Assembly (NCBI GenBank): GCA_020637495.1 | Contig: JACJVV010000002.1 | Span: 64,089 to 128,088 of the forward strand | Source: Candidatus Woesearchaeota archaeon | GTDB taxonomy: Archaea; Nanobdellota; Nanobdellia; Woesearchaeales; JACJVV01 | DNA length: 64,000 nucleotides | Direction of reading: 5' to 3' | Part shown: positions 10,596 through 21,900 of the stretch, one piece after another | Numbering within the stretch: position 1 is the stretch's first letter | Layout of the letters: the number at the start of each line of letters is the position of its first letter | Made by a program: the position numbers and the translations under genes | The notes under the pieces: model-generated | Database searches by the model: none | What the model was told of the DNA's origin: nothing | What the model saw: the letters and a program-made list of their open reading frames with translations, nothing else

Positions 10596-10835
10596 TTAGT
10601 ACATTCTATCAGCCATCTTCTCTTTGTCCAGATAATTTCTATTACCCACTGTAACAGGAACACGACCTTTGGTGAAATCAGCTACTCCTGCAGTATGCTT
10701 CAGTTCAAACATCGGCTGTAAAAACCACTTACGTATATACTTAGCCCAACCACTCTGCTTGTATCTGTTAGCTAAGAACCCTTTGTAATCTGCTATCAGT
10801 AAACACTTCAGGCACAAATACATAGTCCCTGGCAA
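10596..10835 (-). pseudogene. Gene fragment, possibly TnpB-N-terminal-like or other mobile-element protein
   Basis: 79-aa ORF with non-random composition (SGWAKYIRKWFLQPMFELKHTAGVADFTKGRVPV). Translation of the flanks continues but is broken by stops. Confidence 0.2.
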
Positions 10836-11362
10836 GTAAGCATGTAATAAACACTCTTTTTGTATTTCTGAATAAGTTTAGCAATACTTTCTGTATCCTT
10901 GCTTTTGACAACCTTGATTGTATTAGCATTGTTCATGTAATAGACTAATCTAGTAATCCTTACCCTGAATATACTAGTCCTATGGTATTGAACAACTGTC
11001 TATCCTTTTGCTTTACATTTGCAAACTCTTGTTAATTCAGAATCAGTAGGAGTATAAAAATGTCACAGCCATCTTTAGGTTTCTTTGTACTCTTCTTATC
11101 TTAGTTAACTCTGCATTATTTCTTCATTATCTATATGCTTCTTCTAGGTAATTGCTATGCCTCTTACTGTTTTGAAGAATTGGTCATTAGCATATTTCGA
11201 ACGACATTTCCTTTTATTCTTCATAGTGCTGAAATAATACACACTTTTGTTAGTTTTAGTAAAATTGCATAACTTTAAAGGTAGCTCTTGAGAAGTTTAG
11301 GCCTTAACCCAGTCGACAATGCATTGTACCTTTTACTCAAACACAAACTCAGAACTAAAAAA

Positions 11363-11376
11363 GAGCCCCTGCTGGA
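11363..11376. repeat. Direct repeat copy B (gagcccctgctgga), internal to the island
   Basis: Shares the exact 10-mer ccctgctgga with copy C. Confidence 0.4.
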
Positions 11377-11859
11377 GTGAGTGATATTGGTACATATCCC
11401 CTTTTATTACTTTTAGGAATAAAAAGGTCTCTAAAATAGTTATTTAAAACAATTATGTATATAACAGATTAACTTTATTAAGCTCGTAGCTGACTCTTAT
11501 GGATCAGATACGCAAAGCTATCGTGAATGATTCACCCTCAACAGTGTATCATGTCTAATTGGTATTTATATATTTTACAATTGATCTTATCACGATAAAG
11601 CTACAATTTCATTGGAGTGTGTAAATGGAAAATTATGAGCTTACTTTGATTTGTATATAATTGTTGTGAATTGTTGGCGGTATAGCCACAATGACGTGTA
11701 AAAGTTATTCAAATAAGCAAAAGCAGAGATAAGTATGGGATGTCTTTGACATCCCTACACCTCTAACATAATCATGCCATTGACAGCTATAAGCAAAAAA
11801 CATATATATATGTATGATTTATAAATAATATAAATAGGAAAAGAGGGATAATGGATCAA

Positions 11860-12700
11860 ATTTCAATAATGAGACTTATATGAAGATTAAATTAGATAGA
11901 AGAACTTTATATAATCTTCCATACAAAGATAAAATTATTAAAAGAATTATTGAACAAATAGATCTTCAAGATACTGAAATTAATGAAAAACACATTAGGT
12001 GTTCTTTTTGAGAACCTAACAAGAAACGAAGAGAAAAGAATATAATAATTTTATACCCCAAAGATATTGTTAATTATATGATTGAGTATTTAGACATAAA
12101 AAAGGATCAAATATTCTTAGACCCAATATGTGATGGGGTATTTCTTGTTTCAATATACAATTATCTTAAAAAGACTAATCAGGATATATTGAACAGTTTA
12201 TATGGAAAAGGATCTTAATAACTACAAGAATAACAAGACTTAATTTATGGTTATCAGATAAAAGAAACTGTGAAACATTAAAACATTGAGAAGAATATTT
12301 TAGTTGGGAATACTTTCAATATCTGATAAGAAATTCTAATTCTAAAGCTATTAATTGGAAGAAAGAATTCGCTATAATACAAAATGGTGGCTTTACTATA
12401 TTATTGAAATCCACCTTTATGTTACATTAAAAAAAATGAAGATTTTAAAGTAGATGAAGGTAATTTCTAAGGAAATTATTACTGACAAATAAATGTTGCT
12501 TCATTAGTAATAATGAGACTGTTTGAAGTATTAAAAGATGGTGAATGTTGGCATTTGTTTTACCAAAACAATGTTATGAGTTGTTAATCTGTTATTTAAA
12601 TTAAGAAGGCTTATCCTTAATAATTCAAGGATAACATTGTTGATTTAGGAACTGGATTTAAAGGAGTGAGGGTGAACAAATAATATTATTCCTAAAAAAT
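11860..12700 (+). pseudogene. Decayed gamma-class N6-adenine DNA methyltransferase (Type IIG/Eco57I-like)
   Basis: Remnant motif I LDPICDGVFL (about 12117-12146) and ARITRLNLWL (compare AKLRLWL). LPKQCYELL...DLGTGFKGVRVNQ matches the post-NPPY VLPKSFL...GVF..V.V region. Multiple in-frame stops and frameshifts. Confidence 0.5.
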
Positions 12701-13339
12701 AATAATATAAAAAATAATTTGGCTAACAAATACACTTGTAACTGTTATTAAAGATAAAAAATAACCAATTAAGAATCAAAAAAGTTTTTATGTAAAGCAA
12801 GCAATTAACATTTCATAAATATAATAATTTCTTATTATTTGATAGAGAAGAATATTATAATATTTTAGAAAAATTTCTAACCAAGGAACGCCTTTTAAGT
12901 GAATATGCTGAAATATTTAGGTGATATCGCTAAAAAAGGAAATTATAATTAAAGCGACCAAGGAAATACCATTAATAACTGGCAAGATATATCAAAGTTT
13001 TCATGTATTAGTAAGATCTAATATTAATGAAAGTTTAAGAATATGATAAAAATAACTCGTTTAAATTCAGATAAAGATAATCTTCTACAAAATATATTCT
13101 CCTTGAGGCTGGTATAATATCAGTAGATAATAATAAATTATATCACAAAATGATACTGTAACAAATATAGTATTGAAAATGAATCATAGATCTTAAATAT
13201 CTATTCGGATTGTTAAATTTAAAATTAATTAACTTTTTAATGTATGCATATATAACAAATCAAACTTAACTAAGCATACTGATGGTGTATATCTTGTAAA
13301 ATACCTATTATGGTTAATAAGCAATTAAAAAACGAATTA

Positions 13340-13800
13340 CATCTATAGACTGGCAAGTAACTCACCTGATTTTAAATTAATATTATCAAAGTTAGATACA
13401 GAAGTTTATAAGTTATATATTACTGATTCTGAAATACAATTAATTGAAGAAGGAGTAAGAGAAATATTATCAAAGAAAAGTATGTGGTAGATATGGCAGA
13501 AAGAATGAACAATTTAACTGGTAAAGAAATGGCTCCAAAATCATTTAGTATTTGAGAGAAATAAGAGTATCAATGAAGAGAATAAAACTAAAACATTCCT
13601 GCAATGTTCCTTTCAATGTTATGTAAAAAAATTAATTAATATTTATACAAAAGAAATTGGTGATGTCATTTTAGATCCTTTTATGGGTGTAGGTCAATAA
13701 TTTATTGTCAAAAGAATTCATAAAAGGGTGGGAATATCAAAAAGAATTCTTTGAGATTAAGTTAAAAGAGATTAGGTCAACAAAATTGCTCTAAAAAAAT
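13340..13800 (+). pseudogene. Decayed beta-class DNA methyltransferase (motif IV SPDF, C-terminal motif I DPFMGVG)
   Basis: IYRLASNSPDF (compare DLIFTSPPY), then IGDVILDPFMGVGQ*FIVKRIHKRVGISKRIL (compare PGDLVLDPFAGSGTT..AAKKLGRRFIGIE). TAG, TGA and TAA stops all occur in-frame. Confidence 0.5.
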
Positions 13801-16800
13801 CTAATGAAAATTAAGGCCAGAAATTTATTTAGAGACCTAAAAGTATTAAAAAAATAAGATCAGAGAGTGTTGATCTGTGTATAAATTTCCACCCATGACA
13901 TATTAAACCAACGTAGAAGTGTTGATAATAAAGATTCTATTAATTATTCTAATCAATAAAAAGATATAGGAAATACACTTTATAATTTATTTTTAGATAA
14001 CTAAAAAGAGATATATTCAGTAGTTTTCAGAGTTCAAAACCAAATAAAAGATGCTGTGTTGTGGTACGGATATAAGAGAAAGACAATTTTCCCATTACAT
14101 ATAGATATTACTAAATTAATGTAAAGAAATTGCCTTTGAACTTGAAGAATTTGTAATCTGGGGATGACAACACATGAGTATAATAATATGAAGACATTAG
14201 GATATCCATGGGTATTGCCCAATAAAGCAATATATGTGTTTATTGGAAAGATCTAAATAAATTAATTTTATAAAGCATCGAGGATTACAAAATGTAGAAT
14301 ATTGATTTAGTTTTGTTTACTTGTATGATTGTTTGCAAGGTGAAATTATTAGAGGAAAACTCTAAACAGAAATTATACTAGTATTCCACACAAATTTAGA
14401 GACAGAAGGAGAAAATACACAACAATCCATTAAATCAAGTTTATTAGATAATAAATAAGATTAAAGAATTAATTGGTATAGGGATCATGCTATGATGTAG
14501 AAAAATAAAAATGTTGTTGTATATTGCTCCTGAACCAAATGGCGATTTTCTAATGGAAGTATACCTTCCATTAGTTGGTCTTAAAATCAGTTGGCGGATA
14601 TTAGGATACCTAATAAATATTTGAAGTAGATCAAAATGTAAATTAGAATTCTTATATAGGCTTTTGAGATGTTACAGTCACATAAGAAAAGTAATTGTAG
14701 ATTTCTTAAGATTATGAAATAGAGTTTATATAGAAATAATGGATAATTGGGATATGGTTATAGATATAGTAAATTTGTTAAAATCTTTAGATGTAATTAG
14801 TACTATAAGATGGGCACATCCTAATTTTGTAAGATCCAAAAGCATTCAATATCATAAAGGCAACTCTAACTATATGACATCAAATCAAAATATGGGCGGA
14901 TGAGTATGAAAATAGGTTTTAATATAGAACATAAAAATAGACTCTTGAAAAATATTCTCTATAAATAAAAAGAATGGATGATTATTATAGGATCAAATCA
15001 GCTCAAGCTTAAAAACATTGATTGCGTAAAAGGGAATTATGCTAAAAGAATTGGACATATTGAATTATCACATCATTTATTTTTTTGAAGGAAAAGCAGA
15101 ATAAAATCAAAGAAATCCATCCTTGATGAAGCAAATCATAAAATACATCCTAAAATAAGAGTAAACATTTTAATAATTGGACAGAAATTGCTTGGAGTTA
15201 GGTTATCATGGAGTAAAGAAGAAGAAAAATTATATCCTTTATAGAAGATTGGTTAAAGAAATATTTAACTTGAAAAGTATAAAGCGTTATGATAATAAAT
15301 AAATTTCATGCAAGTTCTCGAAGATATTTAGATGTGTGTTATGAATATAATATTTTATGTGAGGCTGCGATTGGTCTAAAATAAAAAGTAGATATTGCAG
15401 AATTTCTTACAAAAAGGAGATTCATATAAATTAGCATTTGTTGAAGTCAAAGATACTGGACTTAACTCCCTAAGGATTTAGGGTCAATTATGGGGTTATA
15501 CACAATTAATTGATCCTATTGAATCTTTTCAATTACATCCAAGGGATTAGGTACTTATCAAAATTATTTAACATTTGTAATAGAGGAGACCTTTAAGATA
15601 TGGAATAAAGATTCAATAAACATATGAAATTAGCCAAATGACCATAGTAGAAATACCATCATGTGGGATTCAATAATCCCAAAACTATGATTCATCTGTT
15701 CTGTTGTTACCTGATGGTTGTTTCTGGAAAAAATCCCGAGCGAATCTCATATATTAAATTTAGTAGTAGTGAAGAACATTGGACTGAACTGTCATAATTT
15801 AAATAAAGAGATTTATAGCCAGGCACAACTGAACTAGCAGATCAGGATAGTGATCTAATGAAGGAATCTGTTCTTGGAGGGACAACGAAGGTTTAAAGCT
15901 TTGAAAATCTATTCTGGAAAAGTTATCTAATCTAACTTAAACATTTTCTCATAAGTTTTTGAACAATCTCTAAAATCTTCAATATTCCATCTTTGATGTC
16001 AACTGATGATCTTGGTGAATAAGTCATATCTAATGTCATAATAATATTTAATTTTAGACATATCTTTCTTTGAGATTGTAACATACTTTTTTACTTGTAT
16101 GAACTTTATGACGTGCACTAAAATATCCAAAGTTGTTATCACTATAATGCACATTACTTTATTTACCAAGAATCTTTAAATGCAATTTCTAACGTACTAT
16201 CTATAAGTAACACTATTAAAGCAACTCTATTTTTTGCTGTCAAACTCTTCTTATAAATACATCTGTGGCAACTATTCCAATCAACTAACTTTTGTCCGGG
16301 TTGCTTTTGATACAATTTTTCTTATTAAATGATGATACTTTTATCCTCATATCTTTAATTTTGATTAGCAGGCGGTAGGTATAACTTCTTACAGTTCCAA
16401 ATTCATTCGTTCGCTAATCCTTTCCTTTTATCATACTTATGATTCCATCATCCCATTTTCCTTGTGTAAAGAACGAGAGAAACCTTGGCATATGGGTTTT
16501 ACAACCTCTATTAATTTAGGTTGATATTTTCATTCTAAATATCTTCTTATTATAATTAATAGCCAATTTACTACTATTCCCAAGGCATTAATTGAGCACT
16601 TCCTTTCATTGATACTAAAACCCTCACTAATGAAAAATGTTAGTGTGGTTAATTTGCCAAATTAGTTCCAAAACAACATCAAATGTCTTTACAGCACGAT
16701 CTATAAGTCTACACATAATAAAATATAATCATACTGCCCACCAAAGGGCTTGTTTCATTAGATAGTCCCCTTAATACTAACTTCTATCTTATTTTTTCCA

Positions 16801-17998
16801 TCTAATTTTACTGTGCCAGTATATTCTTTGGTTTATAATTAGTGGAAATGACCATTGTAGGTGATGGGCATTATTTTGTTTCCATTCACATTAATTTCTA
16901 TTTTATTATTCAAGAAATTAAAGTATACCCTACCAACACATGTTTTTCAAGGTATTTTACAGAACTGTCTTCAATTTTAAACCTTAATTTATTTAGAAAT
17001 ATTTGTGTTGAACCTCAATAATATCATCAGTTTCTATAATAAGGGAGATGCCAACATCATTTCTTAACCAAGAGTCGTCAAATCTAATAAGATAAGTTTA
17101 TTATTTTTATATCTGATATTATTTTACTTCTTGAGAAAGTGTACCACTGCTCTTTTTGTACCAACACCAAAAGTCCAATGACTTCTTTTTCTGGATCATT
17201 TGCTATCTCCTAATTGATTAGAACTTTAGATTTTCCTTCACACCACCAGCATTATCACTAACTTTAATTATTTGTTGATCCAATGATGTTTATATCTATT
17301 CTCATCTCTTTTGTTTTAGATGATTGTAAACACCAGTTATCAATGCTATTATCGATAAGTTCTTGCAAATTGTTTATAAATCATAATCAGAAATAATTGA
17401 TAAATAATCTTTTGCAGAGTCCCATCAAGTTTTTTACAAATTTCCCCTAATTTATTAGTGAAATACGATGTAAATTAATATATTTTACGTAAAAATCAAG
17501 GGTTTATCATATTTTTGTTAGAAAATGCGATAGCTATTTTCGTTATAATAAAAAAATAAGGTAATAATTGTAGTGGCTACAAATATATCACGCTGACGAT
17601 AAAACCCATCAAAATGGCCAATTTTTAACGAAGCGCTAAAGGTATTCAAACCTTGTTAAACTATTTTGATAGGTTAATTCAAAAGAAAATATTTTATGAG
17701 ATTCTGAAATTACGCTTAAACCTTGTTTCTATATTACTATACTGATTACATATTATTATTGTATTAACTATTATTATATGTTAATATGGCCATACTTGAT
17801 AAGGAGCACTCAGACAAATTATATTCAAATGGACAAAATCTAACTTCTTTAGTAATTTCTTTAAAGACCTCTTTTTATTTTTCCTTTTACTTTTGAGTGT
17901 ATAATATTCTATATTTTTCAGTCTCAATCACATCTGTTATAGTAAAGTCCTTAATGCCTGCCTTTCCAGAATACTCATGATATTTACCAGCTTTATCT

Positions 17999-18700
17999 TC
18001 AAATATTGTTTATCAAGTCTGGGTGTGTTTCTTCCATATTAGCAAGTCTATCTTCGTTCTTCTTATTCTGTAAATATTTCGCTTTTGCCTCAGCAGTAAG
18101 TGGAATCCACACTGCTGACAGTAATCGCATCCTTCTATATTGTTGAATGAGCATTTGTTCACAACAGTATTTGTAACTTTTAGCTTTTGTTTCATGGCCA
18201 TATATCTTTACGTAGTCTATCACATCATCTTTTAACACCTAATCTACCATAGGTCTCTTGCATAATGCTTACTGAATGTCCATGCCTTTAGCTGCAAAAT
18301 TGTAGGGATAATTCTCAACTTTATCCAAATAACAACTATGTCTTAAATTGTAGGCTCAAAGGTTTCTTGAGTTTAGCCTTGTTCTTCAAAATAGATAATC
18401 TTTTCTGATAGCTTGATAGTTTAATGTTTTTTATGCTATCTTTTCTTCTTCATTTTAGTTTTATTTGTTTTGTTCAAACCATAATAGATCAAGAGGTTTT
18501 TAGAAGGATGCTGGATTATACCATCTTTTGTATATAAGGCGCACACCGACACAGGCTACGCTTTCTTTTCCCCTGGTTCTTCCTTTCTTTACTTTGATAT
18601 GAACTATATGTTCATCAAAGGATATGCAGCCAAGTGTTAAATCTACAAATTCTCCCACGTAGTCCTGCATCTAATTGTAGGCCATAACTATGGTTTTTTG
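17999..18700 (-). pseudogene. Decayed IS200/IS605-family TnpB/OrfB-like gene
   Basis: Minus-strand translation GLQLDAGLRGRICRFNTW (compare GIDLGLKDFAVLSDGTKI) and a C-terminal zinc-finger remnant CDYCQQCGF, with about 20 in-frame stops and frameshifts. Confidence 0.4.
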
Positions 18701-19189
18701 TTTGAAGATTAGTAGTTTTCGTAATTAACTTTTCCTTTCTTCCAAGAGATCACATCTTCTTCATTTAAGTCTCTCATACAGTCTTTTTCTCCTTTGGTGA
18801 CTTTAATATCCTTGAACTTTAGAGTTCATATCATTTAACCATCTGAAATAATCTTGAACATTTATCAGTCTTATATGAAGAATTATTTGGTATTTTGTCT
18901 GTATTTTAGCAAATATTTGTTTATGGTATCTCATTTACCATCTCTTTCTTTATGTCCTACTATGTCTTAAAGAATTTGAATCTATCTAAAAAAAGATAGA
19001 AAAGTCTTGAAGGTTCATTTGAATTTCTATATGAAACTAAAATTTCTTAATGGTTTTATTTTCATTTGTAATATCATTAGAACTAAAAAGTCTTTTTTCG
19101 TAAGCTTCACAGCGCTGGGGAAAAAATCTGTAGTGGGGTATTAAATACTATTAAAATTAGGTAATATATAAATATTTTGATGGGGATAT

Positions 19190-19490
19190 GTACTTCAAAG
19201 GGTATTGCTCCCTGCTGGATGTGCGCCCAGGACCTCTACCCTTTAATTTGTAAGTTCATTTTCGTTTCCCACTGACAATTCTGAGCTTGTCTGTAAACTC
19301 ACAAAGTACCAAGGTAGTGCAATGGCTACTATGCTACAGGGCATTTGTTTTATAGTCTGCCAGACTTATGTTCATTGATTTGCATTTCAGGGTTTAGCAA
19401 AAGGCTGCTACCATACAGGGCACTGTTATGCTTCTGGAGTAAGGACACATGAAATAAGTCCTGTACTACAGGCATAATGGAAATATTTTC
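19190..19490. ncRNA. Candidate structured non-coding RNA (GC-rich island with three imperfect repeats of ctac.a..cagggca). Identity unknown
   Basis: No ORF in any frame. GC is clearly higher than in the flanks. Island repeat copy C lies at its left end (19207-19219). Confidence 0.15.
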
Positions 19491-19533
19491 CTGAACCATA
19501 TATAAACATTACCCCACATAACAATATAAATGG

Positions 19534-20289
19534 ATGAATAACTTCATCAATATGCAATCGCATAACAGCAACTTGAGTTTCATGAAGAGATCAGAGAAGC
19601 TCAAAGGCACAGCAATAATAGTCTCAAAATATAAGGGATATGATAACCTGTTTCTTGGTCTTTATTATTCAAACGATATTAGTATTGTCGATAGGATGAA
19701 ATCAACACCTATTATGAAGAGGAAGCTGGAATTGGCAAAAGAATCCTTACAAGCGCAGAACCCTGGTGTCAATATCAATGTCAGCATAGCCTCAATCGGT
19801 GTCTGGCTGACAGAATCAGCAGCATATTCAGCCAATGAGGATATAATATTTACAGGTCTTTCCTCAGATAGCCCTAAAGACATCTATGCAGAGAGCTATG
19901 TCCATCTCGCAAGATACTTGAAGATGATGGACCTTAATGATCTTCAGAGAGTTGAATTCCCTATATTGGAGACTCATGACACATTCTACTCAAACTTTAT
20001 TGGAGATCTTCCAAGATACTTATCGCACGTCTTCATCTCACCTATGAAATATGCAATGACGTTAGATGATGGACAGGTGATGTTCGATAGCATATCAAGA
20101 GAATTGATGAGATTTACAGATGCAGAGCCTGTCAATAGATACGCAATGGAATTATCCGATGTTATCCGAAATGACCCTTCGAATATAAGGCTTGAACTCC
20201 AATATATACAACTGATAGATTCACTATATACTGAGAATTATGAGCGAGCTGCCAAGTGCAGGGATGCAATAGCCATTCTTAATGGATGA
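19534..20289 (+). CDS. Hypothetical protein
   Basis: 251-aa intact ORF with no motif recognised. Confidence 0.35.
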   Translation: MNNFINMQSHNSNLSFMKRSEKLKGTAIIVSKYKGYDNLFLGLYYSNDISIVDRMKSTPIMKRKLELAKESLQAQNPGVNINVSIASIGVWLTESAAYSANEDIIFTGLSSDSPKDIYAESYVHLARYLKMMDLNDLQRVEFPILETHDTFYSNFIGDLPRYLSHVFISPMKYAMTLDDGQVMFDSISRELMRFTDAEPVNRYAMELSDVIRNDPSNIRLELQYIQLIDSLYTENYERAAKCRDAIAILNG

Positions 20290-20290
20290 T

Positions 20291-20497
20291 CTATCTTACA
20301 AGAAAGAACCATACGACAGCTACTATGATTGCTATGATAGCAAGTAACCATATGAACACATGTGACTTCTCTTCAAAACCTTCTTTTTTCATGATCTTCG
20401 ATTCCTCTTTTCCAATCTTTCTCAATTCAGCATCATGGTATCTGCTTTTCTTCCTGAGCTCTCTTACCTTAGCCTTGTTTGCAGTATCCTTGCGCAT
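20291..20497 (-). CDS. Small tail-anchored membrane protein (basic N-terminus, single C-terminal TM helix)
   Basis: 68 aa, KR-rich, followed by IWLLAIIAIIVAVVWFFLV. Confidence 0.3.
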   Translation of the reverse strand: MRKDTANKAKVRELRKKSRYHDAELRKIGKEESKIMKKEGFEEKSHVFIWLLAIIAIIVAVVWFFLVR

Positions 20498-20587
20498 ACA
20501 ATGGTTATTATTATATTCCTTTATATACTTTAGTTATCATTATAGAATTAAAAAAAGTCACTACTCCTCTTGTCGCTATCCTTGTCT

Positions 20588-20698
20588 CTATTGATACATA
20601 TTGCTAATATGTATTCTAAGTTCCTCTATCTCCCAAGGTGAAAGATCATCAACCTCCTCTGGGTTCAAAAGGTTTCCGAATTTGTCTTCGTATAGCAT
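20588..20698 (-). CDS. Small conserved ORF (36 aa), copy 1 of a duplicated element
   Basis: MLYEDKFGNLLNPEEVDDLSPWEIEELRIHISNMYQ. About 75% nucleotide identity to 61306-61418. Confidence 0.25.
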   Translation of the reverse strand: MLYEDKFGNLLNPEEVDDLSPWEIEELRIHISNMYQ

Positions 20699-20964
20699 CT
20701 TTGCCACCTCCTTAGGGATGTTACTGCTTCACTGCAATCCTCAACATGCGTTACCCCTTGCTATTATCGTAGTTTTTCCGGGTTATATTTCTTATGGGAA
20801 TATTATATGCATGTATATGTATAAATAGTCACAATATCTATATTTTAGTAAATTATATATATTTAAGGCATTTTACTTAATTGGGGGCTTAAATATGTAC
20901 AGAAGCATTCCTAATGCTGATAGTATATATTCGCAGTAAATAAGCACCATGGGGCAAGGTACAT

Positions 20965-21900
20965 ATGAAACGTAGCATAGTGAAGCATGGGCCATCTTCT
21001 TTTATAGTCTCATTGCCATTGAGATGGATCAAGGAGCATAACCTGAATAAAGGCGATGAAGTTGATGTAGAAGAAGTAGGCCAGGACGTAATCATCTCTG
21101 CGTCTTTTAAGGAGACAAGCGAGAATGCCGAACTCCATATCAAGGATACAAAGGATATGACTCAGCAGGTGATATCAGCATTATACAAGCGTGGAATTGA
21201 CGAGATACGGATATATTATGATAATCAAACAGACTTTCAACTGATACTTAACAGCATATCTCAGGAAGCATTGGGCTATGAGATCGTGGAGACTAATGAT
21301 AAGGTATGCATAGTAAGGAACATAACAAAACTAACTAAAGAATTTGACACGATCCTAAGAAGGATATTTCTCGTGACACTCTCGTTGGCAGATGAAGGCA
21401 TTAAGCTGCTGCAGAGCAGGAATTTTGATGCTCTTGAATCAATAGTTTTCCTTGAGAAATCAAATAACAAGTTTACGACTTTCTGTAGGCGTTATCTTAA
21501 CAAATATAGTTCTGATTCATTTGACAAGTTAGGTCCGATATATTTCATAGTTGAGCTTCTTGAGAAGATTGCAGATCAATACAAGTATCTTTTTGAGGAT
21601 ATGAGGAAACATAAGAGCAATAAGAACGGCAAGAATAATAATAAGAATTACAAGAAGATGCTATCATATCTTAGCAAGACAAGGGACATGCTGAGGACCT
21701 ACTATGAATGCTTCTATAAGTTTGATATGGTCAAGATCAGGCAGATTGAGGCTGAATGGAAAGCGATGGATGAATCTTTGGCACAAGCTTATAAGGGCCT
21801 GAATCACCCGATGGAATACTGCCTATATCATCATGCACGATCTTTGCTAGAGAAGACATTTGCATTGGTTGATCCGTTGCTTGTTCTGAAGAGACACTAA
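20965..21900 (+). CDS. AbrB/SpoVT-domain plus PhoU-like regulator (archaeal phosphate-uptake-regulator type)
   Basis: N-terminal swapped-hairpin (HGPSSFIVSLPLRWIKEHNLNKGDEVDVE), then a helical PhoU-like region. Confidence 0.45.
   Translation: MKRSIVKHGPSSFIVSLPLRWIKEHNLNKGDEVDVEEVGQDVIISASFKETSENAELHIKDTKDMTQQVISALYKRGIDEIRIYYDNQTDFQLILNSISQEALGYEIVETNDKVCIVRNITKLTKEFDTILRRIFLVTLSLADEGIKLLQSRNFDALESIVFLEKSNNKFTTFCRRYLNKYSSDSFDKLGPIYFIVELLEKIADQYKYLFEDMRKHKSNKNGKNNNKNYKKMLSYLSKTRDMLRTYYECFYKFDMVKIRQIEAEWKAMDESLAQAYKGLNHPMEYCLYHHARSLLEKTFALVDPLLVLKRH

Larger units (their letters stand above)
8240..19530. other. ~11 kb AT-rich stretch with no supportable ORF of 60 aa or more (the few short track ORFs inside it look spurious). 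Decayed mobile/defence island full of pseudogene remnants
   Basis: The six-frame track shows only a few short, low-complexity ORFs here. Translations show recognisable but stop- and frameshift-riddled homologues (see the pseudogene entries below). GC-rich direct repeats sit at the edges. Confidence 0.6.

Noticed and set aside
19190-19490. Naming the GC-rich segment as SRP RNA or RNase P RNA
   Set aside because: Only isolated 8-mers match (GGGAGCAA, ACAGGGCA). Their order and position do not fit either RNA's architecture, so it is left as an unnamed candidate.
8240-19530. Possibility that the ORF-free island is coding under an alternative genetic code (stop-codon reassignment, as in some phages)
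   Set aside because: Within single homologous stretches (for example the beta-MTase remnant: ..MW*IWQKE*TI*L..) TAG, TGA and TAA all occur in-frame within a dozen codons, and frameshifts are also needed. All flanking genes use the standard code. Pseudogene decay is the simpler explanation.
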